DNA of 64,000 bases. It comes from Clostridia bacterium. Its GTDB lineage: Bacteria > Bacillota > Clostridia > Christensenellales > CAG-314. The position numbers and the translations under genes were made by a program. Below, in pieces: positions 55,749 through 64,000 of the stretch; the stretch's first letter is position 1, and the number at the start of each line of letters is the position of its first letter. The stretch is from NCBI GenBank assembly GCA_028703495.1, contig JAQVMT010000002.1, forward strand, positions 85,177 to 149,176. The letters run 5' to 3'. Below the pieces are notes generated by a model. That model saw only the letters and a list, made by a program, of their open reading frames with translations, searched no databases and was not told where the DNA came from.

Positions 55749-56398
55749 TTCTCATTAAAAATATTCTCGTCAAAAGGAATCAAAATATCTCCCTTTTGAT
55801 TTATATCCGCTCTACCATTGGTAATTTCGGTTATGTCGCATATTAGGGAGGACGATAATGCAGTCGGAAGCCTAAACCTAATGGTTATTGCAGAGTCGAA
55901 AACCGTTTCGATAATTTCCGCTCTTTTACCAATAAGCGATTGAACGGCTTTATACTGCGAGTAGTCGCAGATTACTTCGACTTGAGCGCAATCTCTGTAA
56001 CGCAAAACGGGAGCCTTGCTCAATACACTTGCGCACGCTCCCGAATAAGCCCTGACAAGTCCGCCTGCACCGAGTTTGATCCCGCCGAAGTAACGCGTCA
56101 CGACTACAACTAGGTTAGTCAATTCTTTCTTTAGTATAACGTCTAATATGGGTTTGCCTGCGGTTTGAGAGGGCTCTCCGTCGTCTGAAAACTTAACAAG
56201 TGCGCCTATAGCGTAGGCATAACAGTTATGCGTTGCATCGTAGTTTTTTTTACGTATGCTATCTATAAATGCAGTCGCATCTTCCACCGTGTCAACACCG
56301 CAAGCGTAACCGATAAAACGTGATTTATTGATAACGTTCTCCGCGCTGACTATCTCTCTCCCGATGGTAACAAACTCTTTCACCGTAGCCTCTTTCAA
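55745..56398 (-). CDS. yigZ: YigZ / IMPACT-family protein (UPF0029)
   Basis: KSRFIGYA, ATHNCYAY, DDGEPSQTAGKPIL and VVVTRYFGGIKLGAGGLVRAY are canonical for the family. Confidence 0.85.
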   Translation of the reverse strand: MKEATVKEFVTIGREIVSAENVINKSRFIGYACGVDTVEDATAFIDSIRKKNYDATHNCYAYAIGALVKFSDDGEPSQTAGKPILDVILKKELTNLVVVVTRYFGGIKLGAGGLVRAYSGACASVLSKAPVLRYRDCAQVEVICDYSQYKAVQSLIGKRAEIIETVFDSAITIRFRLPTALSSSLICDITEITNGRADINQKGDILIPFDENIFNEK

Positions 56399-56474
56399 AA
56401 TGTAAATTATCGGCGTTCAATCCACAACTAGACGCGAATTAGTATGCCTTAACCTTTCTGTTTACGATTATTTC

Positions 56475-57674
56475 CTACTTTACGTTTACCTTAATATGCA
56501 ATTTCTTACCCTTATGAAGAATAAATTCATGCGCAAGGCTCGAAATGTCAAAGTCGATACCGTCTACTTTGGTTTCGTTGATTCGGATTCCTCCGCCCTC
56601 AATAAGTCTGCGCGCTTCCCCTTTGCTTGCACATACACCCGCACTCACCAACAGCTCGGTTATTGAGTCGAACTTTAATACCTCTACAGAAGGCATATTA
56701 TCACCGTCGTTGGAGAATGCAGCAGCAGCCTGTTCCATAGCCTGTTTGGCTTTTTCCTCTCCGTGAATCAGCTTGGTAATCTCATATGCAAGTCTTATTT
56801 TGGCTTTGTTCATTCTCTCATCTTGGAAACGTGTAAGCTCCTCTATCTCCTCAATATCTAAGAAGGTCAAGAGCTTGAAGCACTTCTCCACGTCGTTATC
56901 GTCGATGTTTCTCCAATATTGATAAAACTCATAAACTGGGGTTTTACTCTCGTCCAGCCAAATGGCTCCCTTTTGGGTTTTGCCCATTTTTATGCCGTCC
57001 GACGTTGTAAGTAAAGCAAACGTCATAGCATATGCGGGCTTTTGTACCTTGCGTCTGATCAAATCCGCACCTGCGAGAATATTATTCCACTGGTCATCGC
57101 CGCCCAACTCCAATTGACAGCCGTATCTGTTGTAAAGCTCCAGAAAATCGTAAGCCTGCAACAGCATGTAATTGAACTCCAAAAAGCTCAAGCCCTTTTC
57201 CAAACGCTTCTTATAACACTCGGCAGTCAACATTTTGTTGACAGAAAAATACACGCCGATATCGCGGATAAATTCAACGTAGTTAAGGTTAAGCAACCAA
57301 TCGGCGTTGTCTGCAATAATCGCTTTTCCTTCGGAAAAATCAACAAAACGTGCCATTTGAGCTTTAAAGCACTCGACATTATGGTGGATGGTTTCCTTTG
57401 CCATCATACTGCGCATATCAGTTCTGCCGCTGGGATCACCGATCATTGCCGTACCGCCCCCGATAAGCGCGATCGGACGATGCCCCGCCCTCTGCATGTG
57501 CGCCATTGCCATAAGCTGCACATAATGCCCGATGTGCAGACTGTCTGCAGTCGGATCGAAGCCGATGTAAAAAGATACACTTTCGCTTTCGAGTAGCTTA
57601 TATAAATCCTCCTCGAATACAATCTGCTTTATAAATCCTCTCTCTTTTAAGGTATCCATTACATTTTTTGCCAT
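56475..57674 (-). CDS. tyrS: Tyrosine--tRNA ligase
   Basis: [13 protein letters not shown] (HIGH), KMGKT (KMSKS) and a C-terminal S4 domain. RBS GGAGGA. Confidence 0.93.
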   Translation of the reverse strand: MAKNVMDTLKERGFIKQIVFEEDLYKLLESESVSFYIGFDPTADSLHIGHYVQLMAMAHMQRAGHRPIALIGGGTAMIGDPSGRTDMRSMMAKETIHHNVECFKAQMARFVDFSEGKAIIADNADWLLNLNYVEFIRDIGVYFSVNKMLTAECYKKRLEKGLSFLEFNYMLLQAYDFLELYNRYGCQLELGGDDQWNNILAGADLIRRKVQKPAYAMTFALLTTSDGIKMGKTQKGAIWLDESKTPVYEFYQYWRNIDDNDVEKCFKLLTFLDIEEIEELTRFQDERMNKAKIRLAYEITKLIHGEEKAKQAMEQAAAAFSNDGDNMPSVEVLKFDSITELLVSAGVCASKGEARRLIEGGGIRINETKVDGIDFDISSLAHEFILHKGKKLHIKVNVK

Positions 57675-57702
57675 TTCTTCTTATCCTCCAAAAATTTCTG
57701 TA

Positions 57703-57731
57703 ATTTTATCATTTATTAACCGACCTGTCAA
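57703..57731 (-). promoter_or_regulatory. Candidate tyrS promoter (TTGACA-N17-TAAAAT), no T-box leader
   Basis: The minus strand reads TTGACA (57731-57726), 17 nt, TAAAAT (57708-57703). Only about 25 nt separate it from the RBS. Confidence 0.5.
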
Positions 57732-57956
57732 ATGCTTTTATCCGATAATTAGTAATATTTAGTCGTAAAATCAATTTGATTCGGCATATTACGATTATAC
57801 TTCGAGTATTACCGTCTTTTATGCAATCGTCGTATAACCATGATTATGTGCAATAGTTCGACTCACTTATCGACATTGTTTTAATCTCGATTAAACAGTA
57901 ATAACGGCGCAAACGGTCACAGGCGCGCTTTTATCGAACGTATTATTAACCTAGTA

Positions 57957-58946
57957 CTAGAACACGCCGATCATCTTGAAAACCATCGCAATCAAGAAAA
58001 GCGTTGCGATACTAAATATGGTAGTCCACACCACTAATTGCGCCGCCAACTGCTCGTCCGAACCCATTTCCTTTGCCATTATCGCGCTTGTAACGGCGAC
58101 GGGAGATGCAAAAAGCGCAATCATTCCCGCATAGCTTTGCGACGACATATCGGGCATTATTAGCAAGGCCGCAGTCAATACAACGGCAGGCACTACCAAT
58201 ATTCGGCTTGCAGTACCTATGATAATCATCTTTTTCAAGCCGCTTACCGCACGGAAGCTGAATCCCGCACCCAATACTATCAAGCTCAGTGGTGAAGCAA
58301 TCTTGCCTATCGTCACTATAAACGTATATAGTGCGGTTGCATCTGTTAATCTGAACTTGACTCCGTTATTCACGAAAATACTTCGCAGTAAAAGTGCAGC
58401 CAAACCTGCAACTACACCGATTATCAATGGATTCGTCAGGATGTTGGTAAAGGTTTTTTTAATGGTATGCTCGCCCCTGTCTCCCTTGATAAAGACACTT
58501 AAGGATATTACAGCAAGGACATTAAATAACGGAATCGTAAATGCGGACAGCAACGCCGCAGAGGACGCTCCACCGTTTTCGCACAAAGCCGCCGCTACGG
58601 GTAATCCGATAATGGCAAAATTAGATCTGAAGACGCACTGTAAAATAACGCCCTTTTGCTTATCGTCTTTAACGCAAAGCTTAACGAATACAAAGCCTGC
58701 AATGAAAATAGCCAACGTTGCGCAAACGCAAAACAATACCAAGGTCCAGTCGATAACGTCTATACTATCTAGAGAATATATGTTGCAAAACAACAGTATC
58801 GGAATCAATACCCTAAAGCACAGTCTGTTGGCAACCGTGGTAAAAGGACGATCTATCAATTTTGCTATCTTCAAAACATAGCCGAACGCCATAAACAAAA
58901 CCACCGGTAATACGGCGTTTATGGCAAATATCAATACCTCGGACAA
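57957..58946 (-). CDS. AEC (auxin efflux carrier) family permease
   Basis: 329 aa with about 10 TM helices in two homologous halves separated by a short hydrophilic loop, as in AEC/malate-permease-type transporters. TTG start 9 nt after AGAAGG. Confidence 0.75.
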   Translation of the reverse strand: MSEVLIFAINAVLPVVLFMAFGYVLKIAKLIDRPFTTVANRLCFRVLIPILLFCNIYSLDSIDVIDWTLVLFCVCATLAIFIAGFVFVKLCVKDDKQKGVILQCVFRSNFAIIGLPVAAALCENGGASSAALLSAFTIPLFNVLAVISLSVFIKGDRGEHTIKKTFTNILTNPLIIGVVAGLAALLLRSIFVNNGVKFRLTDATALYTFIVTIGKIASPLSLIVLGAGFSFRAVSGLKKMIIIGTASRILVVPAVVLTAALLIMPDMSSQSYAGMIALFASPVAVTSAIMAKEMGSDEQLAAQLVVWTTIFSIATLFLIAMVFKMIGVF

Positions 58947-59581
58947 TTCAACATACCTTCTTTAGTTCAAGGGATACCGCACGTATAAATGAAGCTGCAT
59001 CAACGCAATTCAAAGAATATTTAAATGTCATTAAGCATAGTAAACACTTAGATAACATCGCAATCGGCGGCACTCCCGTATATTTTCTACACTTAGATGT
59101 TAACATAATCTTTACATAAAGTCAAGGTTAAGACTTGTCTATTCCAATATGTAAAAAATAACATATGGTAAAGCATTATAAGTATAAAAGAAAATTACAT
59201 GTTTCTCTGAAATATACGAGGTCATCTATCTGTGATAATTACCGAGTAGTGTGATAATGCCTTGATAAATTTATGAGGTGTTTATATCTGTAGCTTATTA
59301 GGATAGAATCTCCTTTATTAGTCATATGCTTAATATGACAGTAAAAAGCCAGAACGCAGACAATAAGGTTGAATAACTTGAACTACCGGTTCTTGGTAGT
59401 TTCTGCATAAGCAAAGCATGCCGAAAAGCAAGCTAGTTGCAATATGCGTTATGTGTGTAAATCCTCATTATAAAACCTTTTCGCTTTGCTATACATTAGG
59501 TTGCATAATCGTAACTTTTTTGCTAGAATATATGAAGTTGAATCACTATTTATGCTATTAGTGACTGTCCGGAGAAATAAT

Positions 59582-60256
59582 ATGCGAATGAGATTAAAAA
59601 AGCATTTAAACGAAAGATTCGAAAACGTAAGCAAATACATTGCTGCAAAAGAAGATAAAAGCTTTTATTCCGAAAGAAGTAGCGTTGTGTTGAGTCCTTT
59701 TGATATTTTTAACAACAATAATCCTACGTCTTTGGAAATAGGCTGTGGAAAGGGTGCTTTCGCTTTCAATTATGCACAGTTACACCCGAACATTAATCTG
59801 ATAGCTGTCGATATGATCAGCAATGTTATTATCGATGCGGTTGAAATGGTTGCCGACGAGGGCTTAATCAACGTTAAATTTATGGTAATAGCTGCCGAAA
59901 ATCTGCTTGCACACCTTGAGGAGCATACAATATCGGAAATAATCCTTAATTTTCCCTGCCCATACAAGAAAAACAGCTACTCAAACGCAAGATTGACTCA
60001 CCCGAGATTTCTCGAAATCTACAAAAAACTTCTCCTTCCTCAAGGCAAAATTATCCTGACTACTGATAAGGATAACTTTTTCGAATTCTCGGTAAATAGG
60101 TTGAGGGAGGAAGGCTTTTTTATCACAGAATTAACTACGGATCTGCCTAGAAATGAAAAGCTCGAAACCGAATATGAAAAGAATTTTCGTGATATGGGTA
60201 TACCTATTAAGCGCGTCGTAGCGTATTTTGATGGTTTATCGACATCTAAGCAATAG
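59582..60256 (+). CDS. trmB: tRNA (guanine-N7)-methyltransferase
   Basis: LEIGCGKGAF (SAM motif), ILNFPCPY, and the RLTHPRFLEIYKKLL.PQG.I.L.TD pattern of TrmB. Start at the ATG after GGAGAAATAAT. Confidence 0.85.
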   Translation: MRMRLKKHLNERFENVSKYIAAKEDKSFYSERSSVVLSPFDIFNNNNPTSLEIGCGKGAFAFNYAQLHPNINLIAVDMISNVIIDAVEMVADEGLINVKFMVIAAENLLAHLEEHTISEIILNFPCPYKKNSYSNARLTHPRFLEIYKKLLLPQGKIILTTDKDNFFEFSVNRLREEGFFITELTTDLPRNEKLETEYEKNFRDMGIPIKRVVAYFDGLSTSKQ

Positions 60257-60509
60257 TAGATTTTGTTTTTGCGTAGAAGCGTATCCGAATTTAACGAGCT
60301 TTACTGCTATAATTTGTTTTTTAGCGCATTTTGTTCTTTGACTATTTAAAGATGTCTTACGATAATGAATCCTTTATTTTTTTGCGGTCCATTCTTTGAC
60401 GGTATAAGCAAATCGGGGCAACCATGCTTGGCTAACCCCGATAATAAAATATCTATATTCATTGACTGTCTATTTGATATAAAAGCAAATTATATAATTA
60501 GTCGGAAAA

Positions 60510-62060
60510 TCAAACCAAATAATGTTTTGTCGTGATTCCGGATAGAACAAACCATACGGGAACAGACAATATGGAACAAATCGGCAAAAGCATCCACTCG
60601 AAAAAGTCCTTTGCTACGGAAAAGTCAGGCTTAATCAACAGCAAATTCATCACGAACAATATAAGTAGCGCAACCACAAAAATTATTACGCAAGTAATAG
60701 CCAACACTGCAGTTCTCCCTTTTACCGGAGCCCTCTTGTTCGGTGATACGATTACGGCAATCAGCGATACAATAGGCAATGCACAAAACGCCAGTCCTAT
60801 GTAAAGCAAAGCGTTCACGCTTCCACCCCAGTTGCAAAAATAATTAAGTGCAAACAGAACCGCAAGTTCTATAAAGACAAACGACGTAGTAAGCAAGGAT
60901 ACAACCATATTTTGTTTTCTTACCGTTATTTCGGTTTTGGGAGGAGCGCCGATGTGCTTATACAGCTTTACCTTTATTCTGCGCGAAGCAAACTCTCTTT
61001 CCAACTCCGAAAGATTCATTTCCATAACACGCTTTGAAAAAATGCCCTCGTATTCACGATCGGATGTAAGCAAAGCAGTGTCCGTGTCGGACTCTTCCAC
61101 TGAATCCTCTGCCTTGATCGCTTCCTTCGGCGCAAGTATAGCTTCTTCATCCGAAGCGTATGGTTGTATTGTAAAAGCTTCCTTGCGCTCATAGTCGGTA
61201 ACCGATTTCTTTCCCATAAATAGCTCGTTCATAGCTTCCTCATGAGATAATTGATCGGTTTGTTCAACAGCCTTTCGCTCGGTTTTCTCTAAATAATCCG
61301 ACTTAACTGTCGGAGCTTTATTGCCGGAAAACATATACTTTACGTCCATGTAGTTGGTAGGCATCGGACGATCGGCGCGCTTGTCCTTAGAAACGCTATA
61401 AATGGCTTCATAATGCTTTTCCTGTTCGGGATTCATTCTATTGGCATCGCTCTGATCGAATAGGGATATTTGTTCGGCAGATTGCTTCTTAGGCTGTAGT
61501 TCACTCTTTGAATCGTTCTTAGTTCTTGATTCGATGACGCCAGATTCGGCTTCAGATAGTAATTTATCCAAATCCTCATCGCTGTTTCTTAGCTTACGCG
61601 ATTCCGCTTGAGCCAGAAGTGCTTCTATGTCGTCATCTTCGTTCATAACGTCCTCACTAATCAATCGATCGTAAGGACTTGCGCTGCGCTTAGACGATAT
61701 TTCAATCTTCTGGAAATCCTCATAGGTAGACGAGTTTACGATACTGCCTTCCTTCTTATCGGGAATATCCAACTTGTTCATCGTCAAAAAGTCGCAAATT
61801 TGCCGAGTTCCACTTTCGGTCAGCTTGTAGTATCTTCGCCGTCCTCCTCGAGATTCTTCTCCCCAAAAAGCCTCAAGGAGTTTTTTGCTTTCCAGTTTCT
61901 TTAAATATGTATATAGCGTGGCGGTTTTTATTATGCATTTATTATCGGTTTGTTTGAGTATCTCATCGGAAATTTCCGCGCTGTATTTGTCGCTTTCCAA
62001 TAAAGCATATAAAATCATACGCTCGACATTTCCATCAAACAATGAATAAACTTTGTTCAT
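60510..62060 (-). CDS. PadR-type winged-helix domain fused to a long acidic linker and a C-terminal 4-TM membrane anchor
   Basis: The N-terminus ERMILYALLESDKYSAEISDEI...TATLYTYLKKLESKKLLEAFWGEESRGGRRRYYKLTESG is a PadR fold pattern. Residues 110-380 or so are charged and low-complexity. The C-terminal 130 aa or so has 4 hydrophobic helices. Strong RBS AAGGAGGGG. Confidence 0.7.
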   Translation of the reverse strand: MNKVYSLFDGNVERMILYALLESDKYSAEISDEILKQTDNKCIIKTATLYTYLKKLESKKLLEAFWGEESRGGRRRYYKLTESGTRQICDFLTMNKLDIPDKKEGSIVNSSTYEDFQKIEISSKRSASPYDRLISEDVMNEDDDIEALLAQAESRKLRNSDEDLDKLLSEAESGVIESRTKNDSKSELQPKKQSAEQISLFDQSDANRMNPEQEKHYEAIYSVSKDKRADRPMPTNYMDVKYMFSGNKAPTVKSDYLEKTERKAVEQTDQLSHEEAMNELFMGKKSVTDYERKEAFTIQPYASDEEAILAPKEAIKAEDSVEESDTDTALLTSDREYEGIFSKRVMEMNLSELEREFASRRIKVKLYKHIGAPPKTEITVRKQNMVVSLLTTSFVFIELAVLFALNYFCNWGGSVNALLYIGLAFCALPIVSLIAVIVSPNKRAPVKGRTAVLAITCVIIFVVALLILFVMNLLLIKPDFSVAKDFFEWMLLPICSILSVPVWFVLSGITTKHYLV

Positions 62061-62417
62061 TGTCCCCTCCTTCTTAAGTGATTTATCCGATCGATTCGTA
62101 GCTTTTACTATCGCACACCATTTATAAATTGTCTAAGACGAACTCGACAATCGTTAAATTATTGCGATTGAATACTACTGTTATTTTTAGGCACGTTAAA
62201 CAATTCGTAAATCGTGCGCGCAAAACCATATTCGCTTGTTTAATTATACATATAATGCAAAACAATGTCAATTAATTAACTACTATGCGTAACATATTAG
62301 TCTTATTTTCTTTTGTTTTACTCTATTCTTTATTTCTAGATCGAATAACTGTTATAATTTCTTATATGAAGTAATTAACACAGTCTAACAATAGTATGAT
62401 GTGAAGCTACGATTTAA

Positions 62418-62446
62418 TTGTCAGGTAAAAGAAAATATGCTATAAT
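62418..62446 (+). promoter_or_regulatory. Candidate rarA promoter (TTGTCA-N17-TATAAT)
   Basis: TTGTCA at 62418-62423 and TATAAT at 62441-62446, about 50 nt upstream of the ATG. Confidence 0.55.
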
Positions 62447-62497
62447 ACAATTAACCGAATGAGAGCAAAATAATTTAGGATAATGTGACGGATATAT

Positions 62498-63808
62498 ATG
62501 GAACAGACGACATTTTGGGACAACAATATTAGACAAAGCGTGCCTTTAGCGGAGCGTATGCGACCGCAGGTGCTTCGCGATTTCGTCGGACAAAAGCATT
62601 TAATTTCGGACGATTCCTTTTTAGTGCGTTTAATTCGCGTCGACAGAGTGGGAAGCTGTATATTTTGGGGATGTGCCGGAACCGGAAAAACCACGTTGGC
62701 AAACATCATTGCAAATTCTACGCAGGGACGTTTTGTAAAACTAAACGCTGTAAGTAGCGGAGTTGCGGACGCCAAAAAGGTTATTGATGATGCTGCAAAG
62801 GAGCTTAGGTTCAGCGGTAAAAAAACATATCTACTTTTAGATGAGTGTCACAGATGGAGCAAAGCGCAGAGTGATTGCGTGCTTCAAGCAATCGAGAACG
62901 GCACCATCATTTTCATAGGAAGCACTACCGAAAACCCATATGTGAGTATGACTCCTGCTATCGTTTCACGTTGCAGAGTATTTGAGTTTTTGCCCCTTAA
63001 TGACGATGAAATAAAAATAGCCTTGTCTAAAGCTGTTTACAGTCCGAACGGGTTTGCCGACTTGAAAATCACAGTTACCGATGATGCTATCGACTTAATT
63101 GCACAAGCGGCTGCAGGGGATTTAAGAAGCGCGTTCAACGCTTTAGAGCTTGCGGTTTTGACAACGCAGGAAAATGCAGATAATACTATAGTAGTAAACC
63201 GCGATGTCGCCATTAACTGCGGTCTTAAGAAGGCATTAAGCATCGACAAAAATGACTACTATGACATGATTTCGGCTTTTATCAAAAGTATGAGGGGTAG
63301 CGATGCCGATGGTGCGTTGTTTTGGTTTGCAAGATTGCTCGAAGCAGGTTGTGATCCGTTGCTACTTGCCCGAAGAATGGTTATACTTGCCAGTGAGGAC
63401 ATTGGAAACGCGGATCCTCTAGCAAGCATAGTCGCCACAAACGCCCTTGTGGCTTACACTCACATCGGAATGCCTGAAGGAAGAATCATACTAGGAAATG
63501 CAGTCGTATACCTGTGCAATTGTCCAAAAAGCAACGCGGCATATATGGCTATCGATAGTGCTATCGCTTGCGCAGTGGATAATCCTTCGCTTGCCGTTCC
63601 AAACCACTTGGCGGATCACAGCTACAAGAGAAACAGTGAGGACGATAGGGAAAGCGGCTATCTATACCCGCACTCCTTCGGCGGATATGTGAAACAACAG
63701 TATCTACCCGACAAACTCAAGGACGAGGTGTTTTATACACCTATTACGGACAGTGAAAAGGAAAGATACAAAAAGATACGAAACACTGATAATGCATCTA
63801 TAAAATAG
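62498..63808 (+). CDS. rarA: Replication-associated recombination protein A (AAA+ ATPase RarA/MgsA)
   Basis: PLAERMRPQ.L.DFVGQKHL, Walker A GCAGTGKTT, LLLDECHRW, the sensor ATTENP-type (GSTTENPY), GDLRSA, and the MgsA C-terminal region (YYDMISAFIKSMRGSDADGALFW, GYLYPH). Confidence 0.92.
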   Translation: MEQTTFWDNNIRQSVPLAERMRPQVLRDFVGQKHLISDDSFLVRLIRVDRVGSCIFWGCAGTGKTTLANIIANSTQGRFVKLNAVSSGVADAKKVIDDAAKELRFSGKKTYLLLDECHRWSKAQSDCVLQAIENGTIIFIGSTTENPYVSMTPAIVSRCRVFEFLPLNDDEIKIALSKAVYSPNGFADLKITVTDDAIDLIAQAAAGDLRSAFNALELAVLTTQENADNTIVVNRDVAINCGLKKALSIDKNDYYDMISAFIKSMRGSDADGALFWFARLLEAGCDPLLLARRMVILASEDIGNADPLASIVATNALVAYTHIGMPEGRIILGNAVVYLCNCPKSNAAYMAIDSAIACAVDNPSLAVPNHLADHSYKRNSEDDRESGYLYPHSFGGYVKQQYLPDKLKDEVFYTPITDSEKERYKKIRNTDNASIK

Positions 63809-64000
63809 TATGTCATTATCAAAGCGACATCTTTTTATCATGATGTCGAGTGGATTTTGAGGAATGGTTTTTATGCAAATAATTCAGACTGTTGTGTAAG
63901 TACTCTATGCAATGAAGAAAACACTAGTAGATTATTAAGCTATGTGTGTGATTTAGTTTGAATATTCGAAAAAATAAGCAAGTGAGCGACTAACAGTTAT

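Noticed and set aside
57675-57956. T-box leader upstream of tyrS
   Set aside because: There is no GGTGGTACC T-box sequence or terminator/antiterminator pair. A near-consensus promoter sits only about 25 nt before the RBS. argS (10007-10056 upstream) likewise has no room for a T-box.
58219-58881. Long antisense ORFs: 220 aa opposite the AEC permease, plus 201 aa at 51796-52401 opposite ppdK, 169 aa at 54533-55042 opposite birA, and 184 aa at 57042-57596 opposite tyrS
   Set aside because: All lie entirely within strongly supported genes on the other strand. They lack RBSs and have low-complexity Ser/Pro/Leu-rich translations typical of antisense frames.
1-64000. CRISPR arrays, tRNA/rRNA genes, IS elements, toxin-antitoxin pairs and recognisable defence-system genes
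   Set aside because: By eye I found no spaced direct-repeat arrays, tRNA-like cloverleaf signatures (GGTTCGAATCC type), transposase ORFs or typical defence domains. A tRNAscan, Infernal or defence-finder run would be needed to exclude them formally.

Overview
This window reads as a chromosomal core region of a low-GC Firmicute, probably a Clostridia-class anaerobe; that assignment is inferred from gene content, synteny and RBS style. I annotated about 50 protein genes and found no rRNA, tRNA, CRISPR array or IS element. Firmicute synteny blocks include mrnC-rlmB-sigH, dnaX-ybaB, maf plus an mreB-like gene, pgpH-like-ybeY-era-yqzL-recO, rpmF/rplS, glmM-glmS, hflX-lexA, iscS-thiI, mutS2, a T-box-controlled pheS-pheT, ppdK, and tyrS-yigZ-recX-birA, trmB and rarA. 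Accessory-looking parts are a lone tyrosine recombinase beside a 740-bp AT-rich non-coding block (29.1-31.0 kb) and a 42.5-46.8 kb cluster of membrane and regulatory proteins of unknown function. I did not recognise a complete, clearly novel multi-gene system such as a defence island. The observations most worth follow-up are listed here. (1) An A9 tract in dnaX with stops within 1-3 codons in both shifted frames, at the position expected for a gamma-type product. (2) A single-polypeptide fusion of a polyprenol-kinase-family domain with a DUF92 (VTE6-family) domain. (3) A TATTCGCAAAAC motif in four copies, direct and inverted, next to the recombinase, which could mark an inversion or integration site. 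(4) A long U32-family gene translationally coupled to pheT under the Phe T-box. (5) Membrane-anchored LuxR-type and PadR-type regulators. All calls come from reading the sequence and ORF translations by eye; no database searches were run.
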